A DNA stretch of 64,000 bases from Macrostomum hystrix (GCA_950097015.1 CATNEN010000024.1:2728001-2792000); one strand, 5' to 3'. Shown: positions 51,001-61,009, counted from the stretch's first letter. Notes: generated by a model not told the origin, from the sequence alone. Made by a program: numbers and translations.

Positions 51001-52705
51001 GCTAGCCCAGCCCATGAATGAAGGAATAGAATGGATTGCTAGCCCAGCCCATGAATGAAGGAATAGAATGGATTGCTAGCCCAGCCCATGAATGAAGGAA
51101 TAGAATGGATTCCTAGCCCAGCCCATGAATGAAGGAATAGAATGGATTGCTAGCCAAGCCCATGAATGAAGGAATAGAATGGATTGCTAGCCCAGCCCAT
51201 GAATGAAGGAATAGAATGGATTGCTAGCCCAGCCCATGAATGAAGGAATAGAATGGATTGCTAGCCCAGCCCATGAATGAAGGAATAGAATGGATTGCTA
51301 GCCCAGCCCATGAATGAAGGAATAGAATGGATTGCTAGCCCAGCCCATGAATGAAGGAATAGAATGGATTCCTAGCCCAGCCCATGAATGAAGGAATAGA
51401 ATGGATTGCTAGCCAAGCCCATGAATGAAGGAATAGAATGGATTGCTAGCCCAGCCCATGAATGAAGGAATAGAATGGATTGCTAGCCCAGCCCATGAAT
51501 GAAGGAATAGAATGGATTGCTAGCCCAGCCCATGAATGAAGGAATATAATGGATTGCTAGCCCAGCCCATGAATGAAGGAATAGAATGGATTGCTAGCCC
51601 AGCCCATGAATGAAGGAATAGAATGGATTGCTAGCCCAGCCCATGAATGAAGGAATAGAATGGATTGCTAGCCAAGCCCATGAATGAAGGAATAGAATGG
51701 ATTGCTAGCACAGCCCATGAATGAAGGAATAGAATGGATTGCTAGCCCAGCCCATGAATGAAGGAATAGAATGGATTGCTAGCCCAGCCCATGAATGAAG
51801 GAATAGAATGGATTGCTAGCCCAGCCCATGAATGAAGGAATAGAATGGATTGCTAGCACAGCCCATGAATGAAGGAATAGAATGGATAGAATTATTTTTC
51901 CAACTTGTCTCCCACAGGCCGCGGTGACGGAAAGCCGCAGCGGCACGGAGCCGTGGGTGATCGCAGTGTCCACAGTGTGCGCAGTACTCGGAGCCGCGCT
52001 GATTCTGGTCATCATACTGATCTTGGTTAAAAAGTGAGTACTGTTCTCTAGTCGTACCCCATAAATAGTTTTAAAGTATTTTCTTGGCTAGATTTTGTCC
52101 CAGTTAGAAGTGCAATCTTACCATCTGTTCTTGCGTTATAAAATGCTGTGGTGCAACTGTTTGCAGGAGGCGATGGCTCGGTCTATTACAATCGTATGAG
52201 TAACAATATGCTATAATAATATGGGAATCATATTGCAAATACACTTATTGTGCGCATTAGAGCTTCGGATCTAGTTAGCTGTTCTTAAAATTTAGCGCCG
52301 TAGTTGCAAAGTAGTCGTTTGCTGTGCGATTTCGATAGTGAATCACCCCAAGCTTTTCTAAAAATAGCCTACAAGTCAAGCCCATCAACCAGGCAAGATG
52401 CCCCACTGTTCTAAAAATAGCAACAAGAGTAAATTCTCGTTGGTCCATTAAATTAACCAGGTTCCTTCTGTTCTAAAAATAGCAACAAGAATTAATTATC
52501 GTTGGTCAATTAAACTGTTAATGCGCCCCACTGTTCTAAAAATAGCAACAATTGAATACTCATTGATCAACGAAGCATAGTACGTTATTTTAATAGGCTC
52601 TACGAGTGCTGCAGTGCTGCGTAAGTAAAGCAAAGCCAAAACTAATATTATTAAATTTTCTTTTTTTCTAGACCCAACAAGGTGGCCCCGGCTCCAGTGG
52701 AGTAA
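14884..52705 (+). CDS. Giant transmembrane mucin-like protein (MUC4/Mesh/SUSD2-type NIDO-AMOP-VWD with EGF and TSP1 repeats), 26 exons, about 5402 aa
   Basis: Hand-spliced GT-AG exons, all phase-compatible, total 16,209 nt ending in TAA: 14884-14920, 15014-15046, 15141-24839, 24938-25078, 25176-25319, 25697-25837, 25943-26076, 26480-26698, 26857-27009, 28095-28922, 29378-30122, 31676-31977, 34983-35214, 36039-36410, 36963-37337, 37928-39045, 39715-40279, 42738-42935, 43055-43140, 43350-43465, 44337-44600, 44680-44785, 51918-52033, 52167-52193, 52597-52620, 52672-52705. The acceptors at 25943 and 29378 (AAG) are the weakest calls. Confidence 0.85.
15141..24839 (+). CDS. Mucin exon 3 (9699 nt): Thr/Pro-rich PTS domain ending in a TSP1-like Cys module
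   Basis: Acceptor ttctcccaattcatcttcag|, open frame within ORF 15104-24901, PTTTTTT heptads, terminal [23 protein letters not shown], donor ATC G|gtaag. Confidence 0.9.
24938..25837 (+). CDS. Mucin exons 4-6: three EGF-like domains
   Basis: Phase 1-1 exons of 141, 144 and 141 nt: [49 protein letters not shown]. Confidence 0.9.
25372..25632 (+). mobile_element. SINE family A copy in mucin intron 5
   Basis: TAGTGGTTAGA A-box, GAGCTCGATTCC B-box, TGTGTCCTTTAGCAAGACACTT, and CCCCCCAGTCCATGGACTGAAC..TACGCAGCCTTCAGA; matches the reverse complement of 3100-3400. Confidence 0.8.
25943..30122 (+). CDS. Mucin exons 7-11: NIDO-like, AMOP-like and VWD domains
   Basis: MRFPIG..FY|ATKTGVLAF and IVAAFWS (NIDO-like); [11 protein letters not shown] (AMOP-like); [23 protein letters not shown] and [16 protein letters not shown] (VWD); [15 protein letters not shown] (C8-like segment after VWD). 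Domain calls are by motif recall. Confidence 0.8.
27405..28048. repeat. Intronic minisatellite, 43-bp unit
   Basis: Consensus GTTTGTAGTTACTAGTCAGGTAGTCACAGAGGGACAGTGTCG(A/G), about 14 copies. Confidence 0.95.
28978..29045 (-). mobile_element. SINE family A head fragment
   Basis: TGTCTTGCTTAAGGACA and GAGATTCGAAC are reverse complements of the family A central motif and B-box. Confidence 0.45.
29225..29355. repeat. Short 25-bp tandem repeat (about 5 copies) next to an acceptor
   Basis: GAATTACTAACAGTAAAACAAA(T/A)AT units. Confidence 0.75.
30234..31550. repeat. Compound GA/CA microsatellite in mucin intron 11
   Basis: Mixed ACAGAG, ACAG, ACAC and GGGAG units (GAGACACAGACAGAGACAG). It explains the SLSVC/RQRHR ORFs. 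Confidence 0.95.
31676..40279 (+). CDS. Mucin exons 12-17: cadherin/Ig-like module and about 20 EGF / calcium-binding EGF domains
   Basis: [21 protein letters not shown], followed by repeated D[IVRKT][ND]EC..CxNxxGxYxCxC motifs in ORFs 35804-37408, 37879-39066 and 39733-40311. Confidence 0.92.
32030..33085. repeat. Intronic minisatellite, 27-bp unit
   Basis: Consensus GTGTCTGCTAGTGTGTGTCTGTCTTGA with 14-bp GTGTCTGTCTTGA(G) sub-units. Confidence 0.95.
33467..34041. promoter_or_regulatory. Cluster of three RFX X-box-like palindromes in mucin intron 12
   Basis: GTTTCC-TT-GGCAAC 33467-33480, GTTGCC-AT-AGTAAC 33869-33882, GTTGCC-AAT-GACAAC 34027-34041. Confidence 0.4.
34593..34928 (+). mobile_element. 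tRNA-derived SINE, family B
   Basis: TAGCACTGCGG A-box-like, GAGTTCGATTCC B-box (34645-56). The body ..GGCTTGTCGTGCAATT(C/T)ACGCCCTTGAGGGGCCA..CTCGCTGGCTGCGGGTCTAGTG is shared with 37580-37750 and 61440-61746. Confidence 0.82.
35505..36033. repeat. Intronic minisatellite, 14-bp unit, abutting the 3' splice site
   Basis: CCATCCACAAT(C/G)TA and CCATCCACAACCTA units running up to caacag|ACGTG at 36038. Confidence 0.93.
36411..36913. repeat. 33-bp intronic array starting at the splice donor, 15 units plus a partial
   Basis: GTGAGATTTCTGAATACTCGTCACTC(CACA/TATT)GGG; it translates stop-free as [13 protein letters not shown]. Confidence 0.96.
37580..37750 (+). mobile_element. SINE family B, 5'-truncated copy
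   Basis: GACGATGAGAAAGTCAG..GATGTACACA..AGGAGTCAG..CTCGCTGGCTGCGGGTCTAGTG, as in the two longer copies. Confidence 0.8.
39160..39605. repeat. Intronic minisatellite, 21-bp unit
   Basis: CATCTATCAAAGTCGCCCAAA, about 21 copies; source of the HLSKSPK ORF. Confidence 0.93.
40290..42675. repeat. Intronic minisatellite, 34-bp unit, about 70 copies
   Basis: CAATGAAATTAGGATTCTATGAAAC(C/G)TGGGATTT, starting about 10 nt after the donor at 40280. Confidence 0.97.
42738..42935 (+). CDS. Mucin exon 18: thrombospondin type-1 repeat (missing from the ORF track)
   Basis: ttcgcag|AC CGA AAC... reads [42 protein letters not shown], a canonical WxxWxxW-CSxxCG-RxRxC, phase 1-1. Confidence 0.92.
43525..44190. 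repeat. Intronic CpG-rich minisatellite, 13/14-bp units
   Basis: GAAATCGACATAG and GAAATCGACGTAGG units with degenerate edges. Confidence 0.9.
44805..51890. repeat. Intronic satellite, 37-bp unit, about 190 copies, filling the 7.1-kb intron 22
   Basis: GAAGGAATAGAATGGATTGCTAGCCCAGCCCATGAAT with variants (GCTCAG, GCCCCG, GCCAAG) and a second type ..CTAATCTATCCCATGGGT. Confidence 0.98.
51918..52705 (+). CDS. Mucin exons 23-26: TM helix and short cytoplasmic tail
   Basis: [26 protein letters not shown] followed by [29 protein letters not shown], using micro-exons 52167-52193 and 52597-52620. Confidence 0.8.
52353..52560. repeat. Degenerate low-copy tandem repeat (period about 60 bp)
   Basis: TTCTAAAAATAGC occurs four times, three of them as CTGTTCTAAAAATAGCAACAA. 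Confidence 0.6.
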
Positions 52706-53021
52706 ACTTTCACGTGACTTTTGGCGTTCTGCTGCGCCAACCAATCAGGCAATTGGTCGCATAATATATCTACATCGATGTGCATGACTATCGCGAATCT
52801 ACCTTTATGAGCTGGAATGGTGTGAAAACTACATAAAAAATATTTATTCAGTGTTTTTTCGCAAAGTTGGTAATGGGTTTGAAAACACAGTTTGCATAAT
52901 CAAAGCTAAGTATAGACGCATTATATTGTCAATATAACTGCCAATAAGTCATGGGGGACATGCCATTATCAATATCACGAATGCCACTAAACATAGAAAG
53001 TGCCATTTTTAATATAATTAC

Positions 53022-53105
53022 TGTCTTGCTAAAAGACACAAATTGTTCCGGCGTAGTTGGGAATCGAACTCCTGACCAGCAAGTCGTGAGCTTCATACTC
53101 TAAAC
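53022..53105 (-). mobile_element. SINE family A head fragment
   Basis: TCTTGCTAAAAGA(C)ACAAA..GGAATCGAAC..AAGTCGTGAG..TCTAA, as at 3308-3390. Confidence 0.55.
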
Positions 53106-54288
53106 CCTCCTTTAGTAAGTACCATTACTTTGAAGTATCAATATTAAAAAACATTTAGACTAAAATGTGGACAAAGCGTCTAGCAAAAAAGATAGGTTTT
53201 TTTCTGATCAAAGTCACGACAAGATTCTATTGGAAATGACCGTATATTTTCTCTTTTTTAGTTGAAGATTTTATTTCATACTGTATATTTGATAATATAA
53301 TTACTGCATGTAGTTTTCTGAAGAAAAAAACTCCACCTACAGATATGTTATTTTGATATAATGTGCCTGATTTAATTATTTTTATTGCTACAGACAATTA
53401 ATAATGAACCCTGACTCCTATAACCCACTGCTGATAAGACAATACAGACTTAATTATTGATTTCTCGGTGAAAAGTATCCTTATTATAAAAATGTACTTT
53501 TTTATAATGCAATTTTACTTTTACTGCGCTAAATAAGGTGTGGGACAAAGTAATTTTCTTAAAGACGATGATTTGAAAATAACTTTTCGAACTTTTTATG
53601 TGTTAATTCCCCGTAAATATTATTTTACAGAAGAAACTGTCCATTTGAGAGGAGTTTAATCCTGTTTATCATGTTAGAGTGCATGAAGATATGTCCTTTT
53701 TCTGCTGTCCATGATAATTCAGATAACTTTGTAGATGAGACTTATTTAAGTTAGCTCATCGTTTTGCATCAATCGAAATCAATCGGTAGAATTTAGGCAA
53801 AAAAACTTTTTTTGTTCTCGGTCACGTGACGAAGGTGGCTGAGAGGGATTCCCCAAATTCTAAAAATAGTAAAAACCTTAACATCCTTGACCATTCGAAG
53901 TTAAAATTCATTCCTCGGTTTTTTAAAACAGTTATTTGCTCTCTTCAAGTCACACGAAAGCATTAAGAAATTCGTTTTTTATTTTACTAATATGTACTTT
54001 GTATCATGTACAAAGAGGTAAGATTATTGATTTCAAGTTTTAGAGCCAATCGTTTTATAATTTTTTAATCGTTTTTTAATTCAACCTGTTGAATCTTTAC
54101 CTGAGCGTAAAAAAGATTTTCGCTCACATAACTCAAGCACCAAGAACGCCAATAAAAAATTAATAACTTCACCAAATACAGAACTGTTATTTTATACGCA
54201 CTATACGATGTTTATACTATTTCGAAAGATAGAAAACGATAAATTGTTCAGAAGGATCTTTGCTGAGTTTGCTTCATTTCGGTAAAGC

Positions 54289-57200
54289 GGACCAGAGAAA
54301 CACAAGGGTAGTGGCGAACCTCTAGAAGGACCAGGGAAACACAAGGGTAGTGGCGAACCTCTAGAAGGACCAGAGAAACACAAGGGTAGTGGCAAACCTC
54401 TAGAAGGACCAGGGAAACACAAGGGTAGTGGCGAACCTCTAGAAGGACCAGGGAAACACAAGGGTAGTGCCGGCGAACCTCTAGAAGGACCAGGGAAACA
54501 CAAGGGTAGTGGCGAACCTCTAGGAGGACCAGAGAAACACAAGGGTAGTGGCGAACCTCTAGAAGGACCAGAGAAACACAAGGGTAGTGGCAAACCTCTA
54601 GAAGGACCAGGGAAACACAAGGGTAGTGGCGAACCTCTAGAAGGACCAGGGAAACACAAGGGTAGTGCCGGCGAACCTCTAGAAGGACCAGGGAAACACA
54701 AGGGTAGTGGCGAACCTCTAGAAGGACCAGGGAAACACAAGGGTAGTGGCGAACCTCTAGAAGGACCAGGGAAACACAAGGGTAGTGGCGAACCTCTAGG
54801 AGGACCAGAGAAACACAAGGGTAGTGGCGAACCTCTAGAAGGACCAGGGAAACACAAGGGTAGTGGCGAACCTCTAGAAGGACCAGAGAAACACAAGGGT
54901 AGTGGCAAACCTCTAGAAGGACCAGGGAAACACAAGGGTAGTGGCGAACCTCTAGAAGGACCAGGGAAACACAAGGGTAGTGCCGGCGAACCTCTAGAAG
55001 GACCAGGGAAACACAAGGGTAGTGGCGAACCTCTAGGAGGACCAGAGAAACACAAGGGTAGTGGCGAACCTCTAGAAGGACCAGGGAAACACAAGGGTAG
55101 TGGCGAACCTCTAGGAGGACCAGAGAAACACAAGGGTAGTGGCGAACCTCTAGAAGGACCAGAGAAACACAAGGGTAGTGGCGAACCTCTAGGAGGACCA
55201 GAGAAACACAAGGGTAGTGGCAAACCTCTAGAAGGACCAGAGAAACACAAGGGTAGTGGCGAACCTCTAGAAGGACCAGAGAAACACAAGGGTAGTGGCG
55301 AACCTCTAGGAGGACCAGAGAAACACAAGGGTAGTGGCGAACCTCTAGAAGGACCAGAGAAACACAAGGGTAGTGGCGAACCTCTAGGAGGACCAGAGAA
55401 ACACAAGGGTAGTGGCGAACCTCTAGAACGACCAGGGAAACACAAGGGTAGTGGCGAACCTCTAGAACGACCAGGGAAACACAAGGGTAGTGGCGAACCT
55501 CTAGAAGGACCAGGGAAGCACAAGGGTAGTGGCGAACCTCTAAAAGGACCAGGGAAACACAAGGGTAGTGGCGAACCTCTAGAAGGACCAGGGAAACACA
55601 AGGGTAGTGGCGAACCTCTAGAAGGACCAGAGAAACACAAGGGTAGTGGCAAACCTCTAGAAGGACCAGGGAAACACAAGGGTAGTGGCGAACCTCTAGA
55701 AGGACCAGGGAAACACAAGGTAGTGGCGAACCTCTAGAACGACCAGAGAAACACAAGGGTAGTGGCAAACCTCTAGAAGGACCAGGGAAACACAAGGGTA
55801 GTGGCAAACCTCTAGAAGGACCAGGGAAACACAAGGGTAGTGGCGAACCTCTAGAAGGATCAGGGAAACACAAGGGTAGTGGCGAACCTCTAGAAGGACC
55901 AGAGAAACACAAGGGTAGTGGCAAACCTCTAGAAGGACCAGGGAAACACAAGGGTAGTGGCGAACCTCTAGAAGGACCAGGGAAACATAAGGGTAGTGCC
56001 GGCGAACCTCTAGAAGGACCAGGGAAACACAAGGGTAGTGGCGAACCTCTAGGAGGACCAGAGAAACACAAGGGTAGTGGCGAACCTCTAGAAGGACCAG
56101 GGAAACACAAGGGTAGTGGCGAACCTCTAGGAGGACCAGAGAAACACAAGGGTAGTGGCAAACCTCTAGAAGGACCAGAGAAACACAAGGGTAGTGGCGA
56201 ACCTCTAGGAGGACCAGAGAAACACAAGGGTAGTGGCAAACCTCTAGAAGGACCAGAGAAACACAAGGGTAGTGGCGAACCTCTAGAAGGACCAGAGAAA
56301 CACAAGGGTAGTGGCGAACCTCTAGGAGGACCAGAGAAACACAAGGGTAGTGGCGAACCTCTAGGAGGACCAGAGAAACACAAGGGTAGTGGCGAACCTC
56401 TAGAACGACCAGGGAAACACAAGGGTAGTGGCGAACCTCTAGAACGACCAGGGAAACACAAGGGTAGTGGCGAACCTCTAGAACGACCAGGGAAACACAA
56501 GGGTAGTGGCGAACCTCTAGAAGGACCAGGGAAGCACAAGGGTAGTGGCGAACCTCTAAAAGGACCAGGGAAACACAAGGGTAGTGCCGGCGAACCTCTA
56601 GAAGGACCAGGGAAACACAAGGGTAGTGCCGGCGAACCTCTAGGAGGACCAGAGAAACACAAGGGTAGTGGCGAACCTCTAGGAGGACCAGAGAAACACA
56701 AGGGTAGTGGCGAACCTCTAGAACGACCAGGGAAACACAAGGGTAGTGGCGAACCTCTAGAACGACCAGGGAAACACAAGGGTAGTGGCGAACCTCTAGA
56801 ACGACCAGGGAAACACAAGGGTAGTGGCGAACCTCTAGAAGGACCAGGGAAGCACAAGGGTAGTGGCGAACCTCTAAAAGGACCAGGGAAACACAAGGGT
56901 AGTGCCGGCGAACCTCTAGAAGGACCAGGGAAACACAAGGGTAGTGCCGGCGAACCTCTAGGAGGACCAGAGAAACACAAGGGTAGTGGCGAACCTCTAG
57001 GAGGACCAGAGAAACACAAGGGTAGTGGCGAACCTCTAGAACGACCAGGGAAACACAAGGGTAGTGGCGAACCTCTAGAACGACCAGGGAAACACAAGGG
57101 TAGTGGCGAACCTCTAGAACGACCAGGGAAACACAAGGGTAGTGGCGAACCTCTAGAAGGACCAGGGAAGCACAAGGGTAGTGGCGAACCTCTAAAAGGA

Positions 57201-58322
57201 CCAGGGAAACACAAGGGTAGTGCCGGCGAACCTCTAGAAGGACCAGGGAAACACAAGGGTAGTGGCGAACCTCTAGGAGGACCAGAGAAACACAAGGGTA
57301 GTGGCGAACCTCTAGGAGGACCAGAGAAACACAAGGGTAGTGGCGAACCTCTAGAACGACCAGGGAAACACAAGGGTAGTGCCGGCGAACCTCTAGAAGG
57401 ACCAGGGAAACACAAGGGTAGTGGCGAACCTCTAGAACGACCAGGGAAACACAAGGGTAGTGGCGAACCTCTAGAAGGACCAGGGAAGCACAAGGGTAGT
57501 GGCGAACCTCTAAAAGGACCAGGGAAACACAAGGGTAGTGCCGGCGAACCTCTAGAAGGACCAGGGAAACACAAGGGTAGTGGCGAACCTCTAAAAGGAC
57601 CAGGGAAACACAAGGGTAGTGCCGGCGAACCTCTAAAAGGACCAGGGAAACACAAGGGTAGTGGCGAACCTCTAGAAGGACCAGGGAAACACAAGGGTAG
57701 TGCCGGCGAACCTCTAAAAGGACCAGGGAAACACAAGGGTAGTGGCGAACCTCTAGAAGGACCAGGGAAACACAAGGGTAGTGGCGAACCTCTAAAAGGA
57801 CCAGGGAAACACAAGGGTAGTGCCGGCGAACCTCTAAAAGGACCAGGGAAACACAAGGGTAGTGCCGGCGAACCTCTAGAAGGACCAGGGAAACACAAGG
57901 GTAGTGGCGAACCTCTAGGAGGACCAGAGAAACACAAGGGTAGTGGCGAACCTCTAGAAGGACCAGGGAAACACAAGGGTAGTGGCGAACCTCTAGAACG
58001 ACCAGGGAAACACAAGGGTAGTGGCAAACCTCTAGAAGGACCAGGGAAACACAAGGGTAGTGGCGAACCTCTAGAAGGACCAGGGAAACACAAGGGTAGT
58101 GGCAAACCTCTAGAAGGACCAGGGAAACACAAGGGTAGTGGCAAACCTCTAGAAGGACCAGGGAAACACAAGGGTAGTGGCAAACCTCTAGAAGGACCAG
58201 AGAAACACAAGGGTAGTGGCGAACCTCTAGAAGGACCAGGGAAACACAAGGTAGTGGCAAACCTCTAGAAGGACCAGGGAAACACAAGGTAGTGGCAAAT
58301 CTCTAGAAGGACCAGGGAAAAC
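54289..58322. repeat. Intergenic satellite, 39-bp unit (42-bp and 38-bp variants), about 100 copies
   Basis: GGGTAGTGGCGAACCTCTAGAAGGACCAGGGAAACACAA; source of the long PLCFPGPSRGS and VLLEVRHYPC ORFs. Confidence 0.97.
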
Positions 58323-58789
58323 CAAAATCCCAAATACAGATTCATCGATAATGGATGACATAATTTAGCTTAAAAAATGAAAAAAGCTTTGTATTAAAAC
58401 ACAAGCCCAGAACTGTTCATTTGGACTTCAGAAATAATTCAGATATTTTAGGAAACCAATAGATGCGATAGAGCCTATAGATCAAGTTTGTCCCTTACAA
58501 ATAATATATATGAATGTTAAATTTATTTTATACCTCTTTAGGAATCTAAAAACTGAATTTTAAGATTTTCCGACTTTATTTTTAGTCAGCAAACCTGTAT
58601 GGACAATTGAACGGACAAAATAATATAACAAAAAATAAATTACCCCGGGCACTGTAAGCCTTAACAGATTTTGACGAAAATATAACATAAAATTCGGCAC
58701 TAGCATATAAAAAAACACTGACATTGGTGTACAAACAACTGAAAATTGGTATAAGGTAAGTAGCCATTAGCGATAGAAAATAAAGGGTT

Positions 58790-59485
58790 AGCGGCAACCC
58801 ACCGACCAATTAAGGGGTGGGGGTGGCGTTAATCCACCGACCAATTAAGGGGTAGTGGCAACCCACCGACCAATTAAGGGGTAGTGGCAACCCACCGACC
58901 AATCAAGGGGTGGGGGTGGCGGCAACCCACCGACCAATTAAGAGGTGGGGGTTGCGGCAACCCACCGACCAATCAAGGGGTTGGGGGTGGCGGCAACCCA
59001 CCGACCAATCAAGGGGTGGGGCACAACCCACCGACCAATTAAGGGGTAGTGGCAACCCACCGACCAATTAAGGGGTAGTGGCAACCCACCGACCAATTAA
59101 GGGGTAGTGGCAATGGCAACCCACCGACCAATCAAGGGGTGGGGGTGGCGGCAACCCACCGACCAATTAAGGGGTAGTGGCAACCCGCCGACCAATTAAG
59201 GGGTAGTGGCAACCCACCGACCAATCAAGGGGTGGGGGTGGCGGCAACCCACCGACCAATTAAGGGGTAGTGGCAACCCACCGACCAATTAAGGGGTAGT
59301 GGCAACCCACCGACCAATCAAGGGGTGGGGGTGGCGGCAACCCACCGACCAATTAAGGGGTAGTGGCAACCCACCGACCAATTAAGGGGTAGTGGCAACC
59401 CACCGACCAATTAAGGGGTAGTGGCAATGGCAACCCGCCGACCAATCAAGGGGTGGGGGTGGCGGCAACCCACCGACCAATCAAA
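58790..59485. repeat. G-rich minisatellite with 29-bp and 35-bp unit types
   Basis: GGCAACCCACCGACCAATTAAGGGGTAGT and GGCAACCCACCGACCAATCAAGGGGTGGGGGTGGC. Confidence 0.93.
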
Positions 59486-60319
59486 GGGTTGTGGGAACCA
59501 AAAATAAGAGAAAAGTTAGGGTGAACCACACAAGAACCGGAGGCAATAAAACTTAAAGTTTTATTGAGCTCAGAATCACCAGAGTGGCTAGTTATGGTTA
59601 GTTGTTTACAAAAATGATTATGAAAAAACACAATTCAGAACAGACAATCGTAAAAGAACACATGGGCGCTCAACTGTACAGTTACAGTTTATGTTATTTT
59701 TTTGTTTCAATAAGTGAAAAAGGGACGAGAGAAATTCAGAACAAATACAGAATATTACAGCTAAATATTAGATCTCAGAGGGCACAGGTGCACAGTTAGC
59801 TGTTCATTTACAGGCCAATTGTAAGTTTCTCAATAAGCTTGGTGGAGCTGCCTAACCCTACGCTCTCGTGTTTTTAACGATACAATGGTCAGACCAAGCA
59901 GGATCAAGCAGCACCAAATGTTAGGCGATGGATTAAATAAACACACATTAAACACTAAATGTCTATGATTTATAGGTCCACCGTATAGGTCCGACATCTT
60001 ATACATTAGACACAGATTTGACATTAGAAGAACGGACAAACACATTTTCCGGAAAAGAAATAAAAATGGACAAGCAGAACAGATAAAACAAAAAGCGGTA
60101 ACTATTTTCTTGCTTTTTTTAAATAGACAGATAATGATAACTTCAGGTTTGAAATATTTTCATGTGGCAGATACAAGTATAGTTTTCATAAAGCGAAGCG
60201 ACATGGTGACAAGAGAAACATGCAAAAAGGAATAATATTAATAGAAACCTGACTTTCAGATTTTTTTCGGAATATTAATATTACCAAAAAATTGCGCAGA
60301 ATGACAATTAAGGGAACTC

Positions 60320-60850
60320 AATTATCGATCCAGATAATCGAATTATCGATCCAAATAGTTGAATTCTCGATCCAGATAATCTAATTATCGATCAAGTAAA
60401 TCGAATTATCGATCTAGATAATCGAATTATCGATCAAGTTAATCGAATTATCGATCCAGATAATCTAATTATCGATCCAAATAATTGAATTCTCGATCCA
60501 GTTAATCGAATTATCGATCCAAATATTTGAATTATCGATCCAGAAAATCGAATTATCGATCCAGATAATTGAGTTTTTGTTACAGGATCAATCTAGATGA
60601 TCGACTTATCGATCCAAATAGTCGAATTACCGATCGAGAAAATCGAATTATCGATTGAGATAATCGAATTATCGAACGAAATAGTCGAGTTATCGAACCA
60701 AATAGTCGAGTTATCGATCCAGGTAATCTAATTATCGATCCAAATAGTCGAGTTATCGATCCAGGTAATCGAATTATCGATCCAGATAATCGAGTTATCG
60801 ATCCAATTAGTCGAGTTATCGATCCAGATAATTTAATCATCGATACAGAT
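60320..60850. repeat. Degenerate 21-bp repeat downstream of the FAF1 stop
   Basis: TCGAATTATCGATCCAGATAA-like units. Confidence 0.88.
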
Positions 60851-61009
60851 AATCCAATAATGGAACCAAAAAAGCAAAAAAGCAATTTAAATTGTTATTA
60901 ATTCAAATTCAAATTATCGATCGACTTCGGGATTAGCTATTAAAACTTCCAATCTAGAAGTTAAGGTTGGCATCAAGAATAGGCGTCGGTCTAAAACAAC
61001 CAGTTCTCT

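Noticed and set aside
44805-51890. GGAAT/GAATG similarity to human satellite II/III or heat-shock elements
   Set aside because: GAA units are in direct, not alternating inverted, orientation; a short purine-rich match is expected by convergence.
54201-58287. 505-1333-aa ORFs (PLCFPGPSRGS, VLLEVRHYPC) and a protein-like plus frame GSGEPLEGPGKHK
   Set aside because: A stop-free 39-bp monomer opens several frames automatically. Single-base deletions (about 55720 and 58250) shift the frames, variants are mostly non-synonymous, and the plus frame has an upstream stop with no ATG or good acceptor.
627-60850. Regular repeats as a CRISPR array
   Set aside because: No unique spacers, no cas genes, and a eukaryotic intron-exon context.
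60320-60850. DRE (TATCGATA)-like sites
   Set aside because: Units are mostly TATCGATC, lie 3' of FAF1, and are explained by the repeat.
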